A stretch of 64,000 nt of DNA from Octopus vulgaris (taxonomy: Eukaryota). Location of the stretch: contig OX597824.1 in assembly GCA_951406725.2 (NCBI GenBank), positions 31,744,001 to 31,808,000 of the forward strand, given 5' to 3'. Under the pieces are notes generated by a model. It was not told the DNA's origin and searched no databases. It was given only the letters and a program-made list of their open reading frames with translations. Both the position numbers and the translations under genes were made by a program. Positions 40,770-54,320 of this stretch are shown in pieces (within the stretch, counting starts at the first letter, position 1; each line of letters opens with the position of its first letter).

Positions 40770-41725
40770 CTACGATAGGACTGCACACAAATATCAAGAG
40801 AACAGAATACAAGTCTTTCAACCAGTCAAGTAATACTGAAGTATTTACTCTGAGCGGTTCCAAATTGAATGTTGCTAAAGACTTCAAGTACTTAGGTGAT
40901 TGGTGTAAGCTGTTTGGAAGCAGGCATCAAGATCAGAAAGGCACAAGCATTGACAACCTGTCACAAAGTAAAGTCTGGAACTCCAAACTGCCCAGGCAAA
41001 TCAAAACCAAGCTGTTCATTGTGGAGGTACATGGCCTAGTGGTTAGAGCAGTGGACTCGCGGTCGAGGGACCGTGGGTTCATAATCTGAGACCGGGCGAT
41101 GTGTGTGTTTATGAGCGAAACACCTAAGCTCCACATGGCACCGGCAGAAGGTAATGGCGAACTTCTGCTGACTCTTTCACCACAACTTTCTCTCACTCTT
41201 ACCTCCTGCATCTTGCAGCTCACCTGCGATGGACCGGCGTCCCGTCCAGGTGGAAAACCTATACGCCAAAGAAACCGGGAAACCGGCCCTTATGAGCCAG
41301 GCATGGCTTGAGATGGAATAAACATGCTGTTCATTGCAACTGCTGAATCAGTGCTATTATATAGTAGTGAAATATGGATACTGATGAAGTAGTTATCAAA
41401 TGGGCAAAATAGATGCTACCCAAGGATACTACAAATAACTCTAAATGCAAAATGGCAGCAACGTATGACAAATGAATTGCCTTTATGGAGACCTGTTAAA
41501 AGTTAGTGAGAAGATCAGGCAAAGACAGTTGTGACTAACTGACCACTGTGTATGCCACCCTGGGGGCATCCAAATTAGTCTTGTGGATCTCACTTCATGG
41601 TGATGTAAGCAGAGAAAAACATCATCACACATCAACAACTTGGTTGCAGACACTGGTCTAGAATGTATTCAGGACATCGGAGCAGTGATGATGGACTGAG
41701 AAGTGTGGCAGGTAGACTTTGTTGC
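40770..41725 (+). mobile_element. Degenerate LINE RT 3' fragment interrupted by a SINE (related fragment at about 16130-16430)
   Basis: IGLHTNIKRTEY...DFKYLG; SINE insertion at 41022-41325. Confidence 0.7.
41022..41325 (+). mobile_element. tRNA-derived SINE family C with 11-bp TSD
   Basis: TSD GCTGTTCATTG at 41011-41021 and 41326-41336; A box TGGCCTAGTGG. Confidence 0.88.
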
Positions 41726-41882
41726 AGTGACCTGCCAAATATGTTTTTCATTATCAAATAAGTTTCTTCTTTTCGAAGTAGTTTTGTAACAGCTATTATC
41801 ACTATCACACAGAGAAGGAAAAGAGGCAAAGAATTAGGAGTGGGTTTTTTCCTTGTGTTCTTCAGAATATGTTTTATACAAT

Positions 41883-42296
41883 AGGTGTAGGAGTGGCTGT
41901 GTGGTAAGTAGCTTGTCTACCAACCACATGGTTCTGGGTTTAGTCCCATTGCGTGGCACCTTGGGCAAGTGTCTTCTACTATAGCCTCGGACCGACCAAA
42001 GTCTTGTGAGTGGATTTGGTAGATGGAAACTGAAAGAAGCCCATTGTATATATGTACATATATGTATGTGTGTGTGTATATGTTTGTGTGTCTGTGTTTG
42101 TTCCCCCCAACATCGCTTGACAACCGATGCTGGTGTGTTTACGTACTCATAACTTAGCAGTTTGGCAAAAGAGACCGATAGAATAAGTACTAGGCTTACA
42201 AAGAATAAGTCCTGGGGTTGATTTGTTCAACTAAAGGCGATGCTCCAGCATGGCCACAGTCAAATGACTGAAACAAGTAAAAGAGTAAAAAAGTAA
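41883..42296 (+). mobile_element. Full-length tRNA-derived SINE family A
   Basis: tRNA-like head, gcaccttgggcaagtgtc core, central (TA/GT)n, (AAGAGTAA)n tail; more than 10 copies in the window (e.g. 48828-49195, 49440-49845, 54770-55145, 56062-56450). Confidence 0.9.
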
Positions 42297-42631
42297 TAGG
42301 AATTATAACTGTGAAAGAATATTTTTCCACAAAAATTTCGGTCTTTTTCTCCCCGCAATTTGTGTATATTTTTTTCTTTTACCTTCCTACTCCTCCTACT
42401 TTTCCTTCACCATGAAGTTGTGATAACTACTATGTTGAAATTCTGCCTTGATTTCTTTCACTACAATACCATACACGCATAACATGCATAAGTCAACCAA
42501 ACGATCAATGAAATGGTCAAAACTGAATAGATTGAGGTTACTCAATTTGCAATAGCAGCCAAATCATTACTGTCACAACTGTGACTATCTATCTCTGACA
42601 TTATCTAACATATCCTGCATTAAAAAACTAA

Positions 42632-43130
42632 AAATAGTTTTCTTAAATTTACCAGACTAGTGTAGTATTATATATAGTATTATAGTAAGATAAAAATAAA
42701 AAGAATGGAGCCAAAAGTAATTAAAAGCATTTTGACTGATGCCTTATCACAGAAACGTTTTTTCCTGTTAAATGCGTGTGTGTACCCTAAGAAGAGATGG
42801 TCATCCCTCGTGGTGGAAGAGCTTGTGTGTTCCAATGATTCTGAGAGCGATGCCATCTGGAGTCTTAGACTCCTGGTAGGGCCAGGTCGAGGGTGAGGTC
42901 CCAGACTAAACACGACCAAACATCAACATCAAGACCCCAACCGCAGAGCAAGCAGAGGAGGGCTATCTCAAGCCCCCAAGGATTGACTCCGGCAGAAGAG
43001 GGCAACGCCTCGCAGGAAGGCATGAAAAAGGCGGATAGACTCCGACAGCTCGCTGCAACCAGCCTTGAACTGCAGTGGAGAAGTTCCTGGCCAAGTGCGT
43101 GCGCGTGGCCATTGTGCAGCCACGAACACC
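42632..43130 (+). repeat. Duplicate of 45549-46010 (flank plus RTE 5' UTR)
   Basis: Shares both the AT-rich upstream flank and the LINE 5' UTR with high identity. Confidence 0.85.
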
Positions 43131-43307
43131 TCTAGTGATCAGTAAACGATAATGAATAAAAATCATGAATAAAGTGAGGCATATTTACACAAATGTACCA
43201 CAGCCCAACTTTGTTTCCTCATAACTTTCAGAAAAATGAATTTTTTGTTGTAATTTTCTACAAATACCTTTCAGATGGTGTGGTCAACACGATTATACAG
43301 GAGTTGG

Positions 43308-45053
43308 AGCATAACTACAGATGTATACCCCATGACTTTGTTGCCTCATAACTTCAGAAAAATGGATACTTTTGTTGGAAAAAAATTTCCCAGGGGGGTT
43401 GGGGAGAAGAATTTTGGAAAATTCACTACAACCCGACATTTTCCTATTTGTAACTTACATGAAAATGGGTATTTTTTTGGAAATTTTAAGCAAATACCTT
43501 CCAAGCAATGTAGATTACGATTACAAAGAAATTTGTAGGCAAAATGTTTTGAAAAGGGGCAGGGTGGAGGAAGTTTCAGGAGAACGGAGTTTCAGATCAG
43601 ACGGCCCACATAAGTTGGAATTTCTCCAATATTGTTTGCAGCACAGTCTTCGGAATGATGGGAGATATCTTTTCACAAGAAAAAGAAAACAATTTTGAAA
43701 ATTTATGATTCTTTTTCATTCTCGCCACCACCTCACCACCCCAGCCAGGATCGATTTTGGCCAATTTCTTTTCTTTTTTTTTTTTTTACTTTGCACTTAA
43801 ACCATGAAAGTAACATTTTTGGTTTAAAAAATTGTTCGTAATTTCAGAGGAAAATGGGATTTAAGGGAGATCTGGCTGTTGCTTCTATCCACTTCCCAAG
43901 ACTTCCTGCCTCCTTTCTTTCTCACTTTCACATCTATTGATGTTTTTCAATATTTTTCTCCTCATAAACACACTTTATGGAATGATGAAGCCAAAGTGAC
44001 AAATACATAGTCCTTTGCTGGGATATAAGCAGAGAAAAAATTGGTAATTAAAATTTTTACTCATATCCCAACCAAGCGAAGATGTGTGTGTGTGTATAAG
44101 AAAAGACATTTTCTAATAGAAAATTTTGCTTTCAAAATAAATCGTCTTTTACATACCTCTTATTAAAATCACTCTGGATAAATCCCAGAAATAATCTTCT
44201 CAGGCTCTCCAATATTTTAGAATTATATAAACAGAAACAACCAGGGGTAAGGAGTGGGGGCTAAAAAAAATCATAAATTTTCAAATTTTTCCTTTTTTCA
44301 TAGCATAAATGTGCTTATGGGGAAAATATTGAAAAATATCAATACATATTTGAGTGAGGAAAAACAAGGAGGCGGGTCTTGCGATGTGGTAGAAACAACA
44401 GCCAAATCTCCTTTAAATCACACACATTTTTCTGAAAAGATTAATTGATTAGCGTTTACCAATTTTTTTTTTTAATCGAAAAGGTTTCTCTCGTGTTTTT
44501 TAAGTGCATAGTGGAAAAAAAATGGCCAAAATCAGTCCGGACTGGGACGGTGAAGGGGTGGCGGGAGTGGAAAAAATCATACATTTTCAAAATTTTTAAA
44601 TTTTTTTCACGAAAAGATCCTTCCATCATTCCAGAGATTGTGCTGAAGGAAATAATTGGAAAAAATCCCCATCAAAACGGAGAAATTCCAACTTATGTGG
44701 GGCGTCTGATCCGAAACTCCGTTTTCCAGATCCCATCCCCTTCCAAAATATTTTGCCTACAAATTTCTTTGTAATCGTAATCTACACCGTTTGGAAGGTA
44801 TTTGTATAAAATTTCATTAAATAATACCCATTTTCCCGAAAGTTACGAAGAGAAAAATGTCGGGTTGTGTGAATTTTCCGAAACTCCTCTCCCCAACACC
44901 TCAGAAAGCTCTTTCCAATAAATCTTTACGTACACTCAATCTACAAGATCTAAGTGATTATTTGTTGAAAATTTCATCAAAAAGTATCCATTTTTCTGGA
45001 AGTTACGAGGCAACAAAGTCATGGTGCGTGGCGGGTACATATCCGTAGTTATG
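43308..45053. repeat. Diverged inverted repeat (arms about 43308-43830 / 44465-45053)
   Basis: catgactttgttgcctcataacttcagaaaaatggatactttt versus aaaagtatccatttttctggaagttacgaggcaacaaagtcatg, and several further mirrored blocks. Confidence 0.7.
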
Positions 45054-45676
45054 CCGGAGTTAGACGTGAAGAAAAAAAAAAAGGAAAAGAAAACAATTAA
45101 GTTTCGAAAAAATTAGGATCTACACTTTCTGAAAAGTATTTGTGATTAGAAAATATTTATTTTCTCAACGTTATCAAGATCTTCTTGACTAAAAGCTCCG
45201 ATATCGCAATTTATCTTCAACATGGTTAATTTGGGTTTTAAATTAGATACCTATCCGCAAGTGCGAGCCCCCATGAGTCAGAGTGATTGTACTAGTCCAC
45301 TTCCCTCGTCATTCTCTGGGGCAACGCTTTTTCCATTTGTCCGCCGCGACCATGAAGTATATCTATTAACACAACTTTTGCAAATTTATTAAAACATAGA
45401 TTACACAACTGAAAGCGCGGCGATTTTTTGGCGAAAGACCGCCGAAAGGACAATATGATAACAGCCCATGTTAATCATAGATCAGTTCGTTCACAACTGA
45501 TATGTAGCTAAACAATTCTCGAGGATTTATGTATCCACCCGTTAATTAAATAGTTTTCTTAAATTTACCAGACTTGTATTATTTTAGTAAGATAAAAATA
45601 AAAAGAATGGAGCCAAAAGTAATTAAAAGCACTTTGACTGACGCCTTATCATAGAAACGTTTTTTTCCTGTTAAAT

Positions 45677-47750
45677 GCGTGTGTGTACCCTAAGAAGAGA
45701 TGGTCGTCCCTCGTGGTGGAAGAGCTTGTGTGTTCCAATGATTCTGAGAGCGATGCCGTCTGGAGTCTTAGACTCCTGGTAGGGCCAGGTCGAGGATGAG
45801 GTCCCAGACAAAACACGACCAAACACCAACGGCGGAGCAAGCGGAGGAGGGCTATCTCAAGCCCCCAAGGATTGACTCCGGCAGAAGAAGGCAACGCCTG
45901 GCGGGCAGGCGTGTAAAGGGCGGATAGACTCCGGCAGCTCCCTGCGACCAGCCTTGAACTGCAGTAGAGAAGTTCCTGGCCAAGTGCGTGCGCGTGGTTG
46001 TCGTGCAGCCTCAAACAATTTACTCAGTGAATGGCTTCGTCTTTCTAATCTGTCTCAAAAAGCTCAATGTCGATAGTATCGTGGGCACCGCAGGTCTGGA
46101 AAGCTGGAAGCCTCTAGTCCGTGACCACACATTGGCGGCGAATCTCAGATGGTCGTTACCAATGACTAGCTGTGACATTGGAGTTAGGCAGCTAGATTCG
46201 TGACTGGGCTAGCCTCTTTAGGATTATCGCAGCCCACCCCTCGAGAGGAAGCCCCTAGAAAATGTTGGGGGTAAACATCGGACACGGCAACTTGATCTGG
46301 CGGTTGGAACTCTACTAAATCCTCTGTTTCACAACCTCTCACCTTTGGGACCTGGAACATCCGTCCTCTCTAGGACCAGAGCGACGTATAGCCCTCGTCT
46401 GCAAGGAACTTGCCCGCTTCAACATCGACTTGGCAGCCTTGAGCGAGACTAGGCTTCCTGGAGAAGGCAGCATCAGAGAAGCTGGCTCCAAATACACCAT
46501 CTTTTGGAAGGGAAAGAATCCTAATGAACTACGTATCCATGGAGTTGGCCTTGCCATCAAAACGCAACTCGTGGGCCAACACAGACTCGTCCCAACTGCC
46601 GTCAGTGAACACCTGATGACTGTTTGGTTCCCATTCATTCGAGACAGATTCCTTACGCTGACCCCTGTGTATGCCCCTACCTCATATCTGAAGACGACGT
46701 CAAGGCTTCGTTCCAAAACCTGCTGGACCGCACCATCCAGACAGTCCCCGCGCATGACAAACTCGTCTTGTTGGGGGACTTTAACGGCAGAGTCGGCAGT
46801 GACTATTGTCTGTGGGATGACATTCCTTTAACATTCAAGACAGTGGGAAATGTAAGGCCAATGGCCAGCTCTACCTGGGCCTTTGCGCCGAGCACGAACT
46901 CGTCATCATCAACTCCCTATTTCATCTCCGTACCCGACAAAAAACAACCTTGAAACACTCACGATCTAAACACTGGCACATCCTAGACTACTTCTGACAA
47001 GATCCAGGGACAGACGAGATGTACACATCACTCGCTCCATGCCTGGTGCAGATGACTGCTGGACGGATCACCGCCTTCTTATTTCTCGCCTTGACATCAA
47101 AATCTGCTGCCCACGAAAGTGAGTCTCAGCAAACATCCCTTGCCGACGCTTCGACAGCGCCAAATTCCGAAATTCACAGACATCCCAAGACTTCAGGGAA
47201 TCCACTGAGAGACACCTGATGGACCTCCCAGATCCAACCTCCATTGAGGATCGCTGGACCAGCCTTCGTGAAGCCATGACCACTGACTCCGAGGAGACGA
47301 TCGGCTTTGCCCGGTAGGACCAAGATTGGTTTGACGAGAATGATGAAACCATCTCCCGTCTTATCGAAGCCAAACTCCGGATGCGCCTAGCCCCCGAGAA
47401 CCATGCCACTGCGGAGAACAAACGAAAACACCAGCAAGCATCAGCGGAATGCCAGCGAGGAATTCGAGAAGCTCAGAACACCTGGTAGCAGAGGAGATGC
47501 AAAACTATGCGGACCAACGAGACTTGCGCAGCTTTTATGCCACAACCAAAGAGATCTTTGGCCCAACAAGGTCATCAGTGGGCGGCCTGAAGAACGCAGC
47601 TGGCTCAACGATAACCGACACCCGGGGAATCCTCGATTGCTGGAAGTTCCATTTCAAGTGCCTACTTAACGACCACTCACGCATTCCTGACGATCTCCTC
47701 CAAAACACCCCACAGCTCCACATCTGCTATTGGATGTCCCTGCCCACCTC
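45677..47750 (+). mobile_element. RTE (BovB-like) LINE 5' portion: 5' UTR plus APE endonuclease, degenerate
   Basis: TFGTWNIR, AALSETRLPGEGSIRE..YTIFWKG, HGVGLAI, VYAPT, LLGDFNGRVG and SKHWHILDY motifs; frameshifts. Confidence 0.9.
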
Positions 47751-48117
47751 ACGACATGGGGAGAGGCTTTCGAAGAGAAAGAAATTCATAAATTTTTTTT
47801 TTCGCTTGAGCGTAATGGAAATAAGTTTGAAAAATAAATTGGAGGAACACGCGCACCACCCGTTTTCGGCGAAACCCTAACCCGAAATACCGGGTGTGCG
47901 TATTCTTTATCTTCGCCAAAGAATTTTAGATTCATTTATCTAACGTTTAAGTAATAAAAAAGGTTTTTTTAAAAGATCCCAACGGAGATGTGTGCTAAAA
48001 ACAACGGCTAAATCGCCCTTAACTGAATCTAAAAATTCACCAAAATTTCTTTATAACCGTAAGCTATGCCGTTTAAAGGCTATTTATATACAATTTCATT
48101 AAAATAGATCATTTTCC

Positions 48118-48433
48118 GGTACTACTTAAGAAGAGTGGTCCCGGTGCGCGCACTCGCGCATCCGCGCTAGCTAGTCGTGACTAGTCGATCCTACAACGAC
48201 TACCCAGCAAAGTAAATAAAACACAAAATAAATAATTTTTTTACACAAAGTAAATAATTTTTTAAAACAAAGTAAATAAAACACAAAAGCACAAAGTAAA
48301 TAATTTTTTTAAACAAAGTAAATAAAACAAAAACACAAAGTAAGGATCGACAAGTCACGACTAGCTAGCGCGGATGCGCGAGTACGCGAGTACGCGAGTG
48401 CGCGCACCGGGACCACTCTTCTTAAGTAGTACC
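48118..48433. mobile_element. Merlin-like MITE with about 75-bp TIRs and 8-bp TSD
   Basis: GGTACTACTTAAGAAGAGTGG ... CCACTCTTCTTAAGTAGTACC; TSD CATTTTCC at 48110-48117 and 48434-48441. Confidence 0.8.
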
Positions 48434-49957
48434 CATTTTCCTAAAAGTTATGAAGGAAAAAATCAGATCGCGTGAATTTTCCGAAAGTCCTCTCCCCACC
48501 CTCTCGGGAAAAAAAAATCCATTTTCCTAAAAGTTATAAGAGAAAAAATCAGATCTTGTGAATTTTCTTCTCTCCATCCCCTCCCCATCACCTGTTCGTT
48601 AGCGTAATTGGTTAATGTTGACATTACCCGGAAACGAAATCGAAAAAGAAAAAAAAAATAGTGCAACGGGTGTTAAAAAAAAAGTGTAAGAAACGAATGT
48701 GAAAAAAAATGCGCGGAAAGCCACAGCGGAGCGGGGAGGACTTCGGAAAATTTACAAGATCCGAGTTTTTCCCTCAAAACTTAGGAAAATGGATTTTTTT
48801 TTTTAAATGAAATTTTATATATGTATAGTGCGGTAAGTAGTTTGCTTACGAACCACATGGTTCAGGGTTCAGTCCCACTGTGTGGAACCTTGGGCAAGTG
48901 TCTTCTACTATAGCCTCGAGCCGACCAAAGCATTGTGAGTGGATTTGGTAGACAGAAACTGAAAGAAACCCGTCGAATATATATGTGTGTGTGTGTATCT
49001 GTCCCACCAACATCGCTTGACAACCGATGCTGGTGTGTTTTTGTCCCCATGACTTAGCGGTTCGGCAAAAGACACCGATAGAATAAGTACTAGGCTTACA
49101 AATAATAAGTCCTGGGGTCGATTTGCTCGACTAAAAGGCGGTGCTCCAACATGGCCACATTCAAATGACTGAAACAAGTAAAAGAGTAAAAGAGTATATA
49201 TAACTTTCAAACGGCATGCATTACGGATGCCTGATGTGCCGGAAACCCCTTATAATAAATTTTTTTTTTCGGAAAAAGGTGTGGCCCAACAAATGTGTTT
49301 TTGAAGGTGAAATGTGAAACTGCATTAGCCACTTTTCTTTATCCATATTTTAAGATAACATTTTGCAGAAGTATGTTTTCGTGAGTGTGGATTACATATG
49401 ATTGAAAATTCAAACAAGTTTGAAAAGAATAAGTGAAATTCTTTTTTTTATTTACTTGTTTCAGTCATTTGACTGGGGCCATGCTGGAGCACCGCCTTTA
49501 GTCGAGCAAGTCGACCCCGGGACTTACTCTTTGTAAGCCCAGTACTTATTCTATCGGTCTCTTTTGCCGAACCGCTAAGTGACGGGGGACGTAAACACAC
49601 CCGCATCGGTTGTTAAGCAATACTAGGGGGACAAACACAGACACACAAACACATACATATATATATATATATACATATATACGACAGGCTTCTTTCAGTT
49701 TCCGTCTACCAAATCCACTCACAAGACATTGGTCAGCCCGTGGCTATAGCAGAAGACACTTGCCCAAAGTGCCACGCAGCGGGACTGAACCTGGAACCAT
49801 GTGGTTGGTTAGCAAGCTACTTACCACACAGCCACTCCTGTGCCTAAAATGCTGAAGTTGTATCTCATTTTCCTAAAAGTTATGAGTGAAAAGACTCGGA
49901 TCTTGTGACTTTTCCGGAATTCTCTTCCTACCGCCCAGTGGCTTTCCGCGCATTTTT

Positions 49958-51886
49958 GGGTTAATATAGGGCGTGACAAATATCAGAAAATCAAAAAAAA
50001 AATGTGTGTAATAGGTGTAAAACAACTTCCTATGAACGAATATGAAAAAAAAATTCGCGCACTTGAAAGGGGGGTGGGGGAGAGGCCTCGGAAAATTCAC
50101 ATCGGGAAGTTCCGAAAGCGTCTGAGGGGCTGACCCGGGCACCAAAACAAAAAAAAATAGTGTAATATGTGTAAAACAACTTGCTCTAAACGAATATGAC
50201 AAAAAAAAATGCGCTCTCGCGAAAGAGGGGTGGGGGAGAGGCCTCGGAATATTTATATCGGGAATTTCCGAAAGCGTCTGAACCGGGCACAAAAACAAAA
50301 ACAAAAACAGCGTAATAGGTGTAAAACAACTTGCTCTAAACGACTATCATGAAAAAAATGCGCGCTCGCGAAAGGGGGGTGGGGGAGAGGCTTCGGAAAT
50401 TTCACATCTTCAGTCCACGGCCTTTAAACTAAGAAAAAATAGTGTAATTGGTGTAAAACTACTTGTTCTAAACGAGTATCAAGAACACACACTCACACAT
50501 GAATCATAAACTCCGTATTTCGCAAAAAAAATAAATAAAGAGAAGAAATTCTGGAAAAAGTGAAGAAATGTTGGATCTCATTCCTTGGTTAAAGCTATTT
50601 TAAACATTAAATTTATGCTTTTCTTTGAAATAGTTCAGATATATGCAATTCTTCTCACTTATTAAGATGCATTTATCAGAAAAAAAGAGACAGAAAAAAT
50701 TATTATTTTGTGTCAATCCTTCCCTAATTATCCTTTATTAATTAGTTTTGGCGTGTATTTTTTTCCCAAATTTATTTTTTCACCTTTACAACACTGTTTA
50801 GTAAAGCAATTAATTATCTTTATAATTTGCATATTTGACTTATTAATCAAAATTCTCTAGATGTAATATATACTAAGTAATGCATCCTTCATTTATGTGT
50901 TCCGTTCTGTATTATGCATGCGTGACTGTTTGTATGTAAGTGTGTTTAACTGTGCACATGAATGTGAATATTAAAGAACATATTTATTTACTATGATTGT
51001 TATTTTCAGAACAAATAAATCTTTTGGCTGTTATGTTATTGATGTTATTATTATTGCTAGTTAAAGGGTGGTGACTTGGCTGAATATTTTGAGTCTTGTA
51101 GTATGTAGTTGTGTTAGTCAATATTCTGAGTTCAAATCCAACTCATTTCTTTATCATCATTATCGATGGACCACTCAAAGAGGTATGTATACATTATCAT
51201 TTTCGTAACATAATTTCTGTAGTATTTCAAGATGTTTCTGACACGTATTTTGATTCACATGGCGGAGATCCAACATTTCTTCACTTTTTCCAGAATTTCT
51301 TCTCTTTATTTATTTTTTTTGCGAAATACGGAGTTTATGATTCATGTGTGAGTGTGTGTTCTTGATACTCGTTTAGAACAAGTAGTTTTACACCAATTAC
51401 ACTATTTTTTCTTAGTTTAAAGGCCGTGGACTGAAGATGTGAAATTTCCGAAGCCTTTCCCCCACCCCCCTTTCGCGAGCGCGCATTTTTTTCATGATAG
51501 TCGTTTAGAGCAAGTTGTTTTACACCTATTACGCTGTTTTTGTTTTTGTTTTTGTGCCCGGTTCAGACGCTTTCGGAAATTCCCGATATAAATATTCCGA
51601 GGCCTCTCCCCCACCCCTCTTTCGCGAGAGCGCATTTTTTTTTGTCATATTCGTTTAGAGCAAGTTGTTTTACACATATTACACTATTTTTTTTTTGTTT
51701 TGGTGCCCGGGTCAGCCCCTCAGACGCTTTCGGAACTTCCCGATGTGAATTTTCCGAGGCCTCTCCCCCACCCCCTTTCAAGTGCGCGAATTTTTTTTTC
51801 ATATTCGTTCATAGGAAGTTGTTTTACACCTATTACACACATTTTTTTTTTGATTTTCTGATATTTGTCACGCCCTATATTAACCC
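49958..51886. repeat. Near-perfect inverted repeat with about 620-bp arms (49958-50579 / 51265-51886) built of about 140-bp subrepeats
   Basis: Mirror ORFs 49873-50304(-) and 51540-51998(+); recurring ggggtgggggagaggcctcggaa unit. Confidence 0.93.
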
Positions 51887-52295
51887 CATTTTTGTTTCAT
51901 ATTCGTTTTCTACACCTTTTATTACACCCGTTGCACTATTCTTTTTCTTTTCTTTTTTTTTTTCGATTACGTTTCCGAGTAATAAATGTCAACATTAACC
52001 GCGCAGGTTAATGATGCGCAAATTTTTGTTTTCATACTCGCTTTATACACATTTTTTTTTTTACACGTATTACCCCACTTTTTTTTTTTTTTTTTTTTGG
52101 TGACCGGGAGTTAAATTAAACATGGTCAAACTCCAATGTTTGATCCAAGCAAAAAAAAAAAAAAAAATAGTGCAATAGATGTAAAACAGCGAATATGAAC
52201 GTTCCGAGTCCTCTCACCCACCCCTGCTCCCCGGTTCGCCAGCGCGCATTTTTTTTTTCATATTCATTTAGTATATGTTTTACACCTATTGCACA

Positions 52296-52327
<32 letters not shown>

Positions 52328-52406
52328 GGTCAAACATTGGAGTTTCACTGTAAACATTAACCTCATTAACCGAAGAAAACTTTCTGTGAGACTATACACT
52401 TCCATT

Positions 52407-52667
52407 GGCACTACTTAAGAAGAGTGGTCCCGGTGCGCACACTCGCGTACTCGCGCATCCGCGCTAGCTAGTCGTGACTAGTCGTTCCTTACTTTATGTT
52501 TTTTGATTTATTTACTTTGTTTTAAAAAAAATTATTTACTTTGCGTAAAAAAAATATTTGTGTTAAGATTTACTTTGCTAGGTAGTCGTTGTAGGATCGT
52601 CTAGTGACGACTAGCTAGCGCGGGTACGCGAGTGCGCGCACCGGGACCACTCTTCTTAAGTAGTACC
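52407..52667. mobile_element. Second Merlin-like MITE, inverted relative to the 48118 copy
   Basis: Same TIRs; TSD CTTCCATT / ATTCCATT (7 of 8). Confidence 0.8.
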
Positions 52668-54160
52668 ATTCCATTTATCTGAGTGCTTAAAATGATATAT
52701 TTTTGTGATGAATTAATGTAAAATGTTATAGTTTATGAAAATGAAATATGAAGACGAGATGAAGTTAACACAAAATTAAAACTGGTAGGCCACCCTCTTC
52801 TATCCCGAATACAAAAAAGTTACAAAATAATTAAAGATACAAAGATGTAGACATCATAAATTTAATTTTAAAAAAAATCAAAGATATTTCTAATAAAAAT
52901 CTCTAATAAAAATTAGGGTACTACATTATTAGTCTTATAACACAATAATATACAATTATCATTGATACAAAAACTATTATTTTTCATAAAATAAATTTCA
53001 ATTTTTAGCTTATTTTCCCTGAGAAAACAAAATAAAACTGCGACATCTTTTACATATTATTTAAAAAAATATATTATGTCCAGTTAATTCGTCTTTTACA
53101 TTTATATTTCAAAATACAGAATTCTTTTTTCTTTTTTTTTCTGAAATAATTATTGCTGAATATAATTAATAAATCAATTTACCTGTGAATATGAATAGAA
53201 GTATAAAAAACACTTGATCAATGACACTTTCCTTTAGAAAACTTTTCTATAATTGAGATTCCAGTCCAATACCAGCATTCAACACGTGGATGGAAATCAA
53301 CCAACCAAATTGCTGCGTCAAAAATAAATAAATAAATAAATAAATAAAACCCTCTATCTTCTTACACAACATTTTTACTGTTTTATTTGTTATATTTGTA
53401 ATAAGGTCGGTAGACTTTCAAAATAACATCAATACCAAACCTCGAGTAAACTATCTTACTTTTATTTTAAAAATATAATTGTATGGACCAATTAAAAAGC
53501 TGCTTTAATTCAAATTTTATAGGCTAGAATTGTGTTTTGTCGCTATTATTTTTCAATGCAAATATTTAAGTAATACAGTGGGCGTGTTGAAAGCAAATGG
53601 TTGTGTCTTTGAATGCTTTCAACTAAGTCAGGGTGCTTGTGAACCTAATAAGCACGGGGCTACATATATTTCATTACTTTGCAGGACTGTGCGTTATTCT
53701 ATATCATTATTACTTTCCAATTTAATCTACTTGTTACTATAAGATATAAACTTTTAAAAATAAAAATCATACTGGAAATAAAGATTATCTACTACTGAGA
53801 ACTGACCTATAGGCAATCCAGTACGCGTGTGTATTATTAGGGTGCTGACTTTTATTAAAAGCTATGGCCAGTCATAGAGTGACCATAGTGTTCGCCCCTG
53901 TAAAGCGCTTAGCATCAATGGTAACTTCAATTTGCGTTTCATCCTTTCGGGGTCGATAAATTAAGCACCAGTTACGCACTGGGGTCGATGTAATCAACTT
54001 AATACCTATGTTTGTCCCCTCTATGTTTAGCCCCTTGTGGGTAATAAAGAAATAGGTAACTCTATGACAGGCCTTGACTTGTAACTTCCTAAAAAGTACA
54101 TTACAGCTCTAATGCTTTACACTGGGCTCCTTTTCCCCATATACGAACTACTGAAGATGC

Positions 54161-54320
<160 letters not shown>

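Noticed and set aside
45150-45540. CpG-richer unique segment resembling a promoter or exon
   Set aside because: Only short ORFs and no recognisable RNA gene; cannot be assigned.
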